A stretch of 64,000 nt of DNA from NCBI GenBank assembly GCA_003697105.1, contig RFFQ01000003.1:4235-68234 (forward strand). The letters run 5' to 3'. This DNA is from Gemmatimonadota bacterium. Lineage in GTDB: Bacteria > 4572-55 > J002. Shown here piece after piece: positions 61,912 through 64,000 of this stretch. Position 1 is the stretch's first letter. Each line of letters opens with the position of its first letter. Both the position numbers and the translations under genes were made by a program. Below the pieces are notes generated by a model that had not been told where the DNA came from, made no database searches, and was given only the letters and a program-made list of their open reading frames with translations.

Positions 61912-64000
61912 CTAATCCGGCAGTAAGGCTTCAATTTTATCGATTAACTCATTGATATTAAAAGGTTTTACAATAAAGTCCATCGTTAGACTACTTTGGC
62001 GTTGAATCGTTTCCAACACCTCTAGGGGTTGGGCACTGCAAAGGAGAAGCGGCGTATGGGGGCGTTCTCGCTCCAAAAAATCAATGATTTCTCCTCCATC
62101 GATATCCGGTAGTTGCAAATCTAAGATGATAAGGTCTGGGGATGCCGTTTTGAGGGCTTCGAGTCCACTGCGTCCTTCTTTGAAGAGCGACACCCGAAAA
62201 GCGGACTCTTCCAGCAAAATTTGAAGGAAGGTAGCAATCTGTTCATCATCTTCAATCAGAATCACATCCCGAGGACGAGAGAGACCGGCACGACTCGCCT
62301 CCGTTGCCTGAACGATAACCGGCAGGGTAAATTGGAAGGTACTCCCCTCTCCGACGATGCTATTCACCGTGATTGTGCCGCCGTGAACCTCCACATATTT
62401 TTTGACAAGGGGCAATCCTTGCCCGATCCCATCGGAGACATCCAATTCGTCAAAGCGAATTTGGTAAAACGGTTCAAAAATCTGCTTTTGCTCCTGCGGC
62501 GGAATACCAATTCCTTGATCTTGCACCGAAACGATCACCTGCTTATCCTCCACTCTCGCCATAAAGTGGATGGAAAGCCGTTCAGGGTTCGAGTATTTGA
62601 CAGCATTGGTCAGTAAATTTTCCACCACCTGTTGAATTCGGTTCACGTCCACTTTCAAGGTGATGTGGCGTAACTCTTTCGAAATAGTAGATTCAAACTG
62701 GAAACAGGTTGTGTGGTAGCGCTCCTGAACCATAAATTCAACCAGTTTACACCCATCGTCACAAATCTCTGAAAACAACTGGTAGGCATTGATGGTCTGG
62801 AAGTGATAATGTTCGGTACCGCTTTCCAATCGCGCGATAGCGAGCAGTTCCTCAATTAACTTTTTCTCTCGATTCGCCGCTTTGAGGATGGCATTCAAAA
62901 AATCCGCCATTTCTGGAGTGACTTCGGGTAAACTGAGCATCAGTTGGGCATAACCAATAATTGGGGTGAGTGGGGTACGGAGTTCATGAGTGACCGCATT
63001 CAAAAAATTGACTTTTGCTTGCCGCAATTTTTTTGCCTCTGTCACATCCCGAAAAACAACAACCCCACCTTTGATATTCCCCCAGCGGTCGCGGATAGGT
63101 GCGGTGTTGGTGGTAATCGGAATTTCTCGTCCCTGCCGGGAGATGAGGGTAGTATAGTCGCGCATACCGGTAATGTTACCATGTTTAATCGCCTCCATCA
63201 CCGGATTTTCAGTCACTTGATGGGTGGTTTCACTGACAATATGAAACACCTCACTGAGTGCGCGTGATGTCGCTTCTGCTTGTGTCCAACCGGTGAGTTC
63301 TTCGGCAATGGCATTTAACATCAGCACATTTCCATCAATATCGGTCGTAATCACCCCATCCCCAATGGAACGCAGTGTGATTGCCAGTAGCTCTTTTTCC
63401 TCCGCGAGTGCCTCTTCAGCACGTTTGCGTTCTGTGATGTCTTCTCCGATGCACTGCAATTCCACGATGTGGTGCGGGTCATCATAGAGGGCTTGATTCA
63501 TCCAGCGCAACCAGCGGTCACCTTGCGGGGTTGAAATCGGATGTTCGTAAACTGTGATAGCGTGTTCTCTCTGAAGTTTTTCCAAATGGCTCAGGACACG
63601 TTCACGTTCTTGACTTGGGATCAAATCGGGCAAATATGCCCCCACCAGAGCGGTATCGGAGTGCCCTAAAAAGGTGGCATAGGCTTTATTGATAAACGTA
63701 AGGCGATACGTTTTTGGGTCCAGGCGGTACAACATAATCGGTAGATTTTCCACAATACCGCGATACCGTTTTTCACTCTTTTTTAGGGCTTCTTCGGCTT
63801 GGATGAGACGTCGGTCTGTGTACAGATCATGCAGGGTCCGGTTCACCACCGTGGGAAGCAATTGTAAAAAATCACCATCTTTAACAACATAATCCCGTGC
63901 TCCCAGTTTCATCATTTCCACCGCGATCCGCTCATCACCATGACCGGTCATCACGATGAAAGCGGGTTTTAGTTGCTGGGTTTGGAGCAATTCGATCACT
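61912..64000 (-). CDS. Hybrid sensor histidine kinase (REC-PAS-PAS-HisKA-HATPase_c-REC), 5'-partial at the window edge
   Basis: The ORF runs off the window end; the visible start is inside a receiver domain (...FIVMTGHGDERIAVEMMKLGARDYVVKDGDF). A PAS segment ALAEEKELLAITLRSIGDGVITTDIDGNVLMLNAIAEELTGW is near-identical to one in the 68..4075 kinase. The H-box is VTHELRTPLTPIIGY, and there is a C-terminal REC (ILIEDDEQ ... ILDLQLPDIDG). Confidence 0.8.
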   Translation of the reverse strand, partial: VIELLQTQQLKPAFIVMTGHGDERIAVEMMKLGARDYVVKDGDFLQLLPTVVNRTLHDLYTDRRLIQAEEALKKSEKRYRGIVENLPIMLYRLDPKTYRLTFINKAYATFLGHSDTALVGAYLPDLIPSQERERVLSHLEKLQREHAITVYEHPISTPQGDRWLRWMNQALYDDPHHIVELQCIGEDITERKRAEEALAEEKELLAITLRSIGDGVITTDIDGNVLMLNAIAEELTGWTQAEATSRALSEVFHIVSETTHQVTENPVMEAIKHGNITGMRDYTTLISRQGREIPITTNTAPIRDRWGNIKGGVVVFRDVTEAKKLRQAKVNFLNAVTHELRTPLTPIIGYAQLMLSLPEVTPEMADFLNAILKAANREKKLIEELLAIARLESGTEHYHFQTINAYQLFSEICDDGCKLVEFMVQERYHTTCFQFESTISKELRHITLKVDVNRIQQVVENLLTNAVKYSNPERLSIHFMARVEDKQVIVSVQDQGIGIPPQEQKQIFEPFYQIRFDELDVSDGIGQGLPLVKKYVEVHGGTITVNSIVGEGSTFQFTLPVIVQATEASRAGLSRPRDVILIEDDEQIATFLQILLEESAFRVSLFKEGRSGLEALKTASPDLIILDLQLPDIDGGEIIDFLERERPHTPLLLCSAQPLEVLETIQRQSSLTMDFIVKPFNINELIDKIEALLPD

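Overview
This is a gene-dense 64-kb bacterial window that uses the standard genetic code; TGA is a routine stop, for example at the hoxF/hoxU ATGA junction. Two proteins end in T9SS (Por) C-terminal sorting domains and one is an LVIVD beta-propeller, which points to an FCB-superphylum-like organism. Its energy metabolism is anaerobic and ferredoxin-centred.

Contents in order:
- 68-6477: two adjacent multi-PAS hybrid sensor kinases.
- 6559-8133: a secreted transglutaminase-like protein.
- 8197-9210: a T9SS-sorted thioredoxin-fold protein whose CxxC nucleophile position is an in-frame UGA, a candidate selenoprotein.
- 9232-12268: a compact mercury-resistance operon (merR, thioredoxin-like, merT-merP fusion, merA) driven by a textbook MerR-type long-spacer promoter.
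- 12448-24775: a CusCBA-like heavy-metal RND efflux island with unusual accessories. These are a 1304-aa RND pump, a membrane-fusion protein with N-terminal metal-binding and C-terminal four-helix extensions, an interposed LVIVD/T9SS propeller, a triple-YHS periplasmic protein, DUF302, GNAT, a 38-aa basic micro-ORF and two paralogous Cys-rich secreted mini-proteins.
- 24899-49314: a long minus-strand ferredoxin-metabolism supercluster, read as transcribed from 49314 downwards:
  - a 2-oxoacid:ferredoxin oxidoreductase with gamma-alpha, beta-alpha-fusion and beta subunits;
  - a 769-aa degenerate paralogue of the pyruvate:ferredoxin oxidoreductase (PFOR) TPP domain carrying a ferredoxin tail;
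  - rnfB;
  - a 65-aa acidic beta-grasp-like protein translationally coupled to an ATP-grasp ligase;
  - a Dam-type methyltransferase plus putative restriction endonuclease island;
  - a 456-bp MITE-like hairpin-rich element;
  - a 1523-aa PFOR-like giant;
  - an SLC13 transporter;
  - rnfC, rnfD, a yciI-like gene, rnfG, rnfE, rnfA, an nqrM-like mini-ORF and apbE.
- 49659-55546: a plus-strand bidirectional [NiFe] hydrogenase operon (hoxF, hoxU, hoxY, hoxH) with a heptamer-repeat palindrome before hoxH and a DHOD-like flavoprotein after it.
- 55623-61760: OsmC, a FadL-family outer-membrane gene broken by an in-frame TAG, a DsrE/TusE/DUF1641/SQR sulfide-oxidation module, and an HTH-PocR regulator.
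- 61912-64000: a third, 5'-truncated paralogous hybrid sensor kinase.

No rRNA, tRNA or CRISPR arrays were recognised. The most novel-looking candidates are the UGA-containing secreted thioredoxin-fold protein, the small acidic protein plus ATP-grasp pair wedged next to rnfB, the degenerate PFOR-domain paralogue, the MITE-like element and the Cys-rich mini-protein pair in the metal-efflux island.
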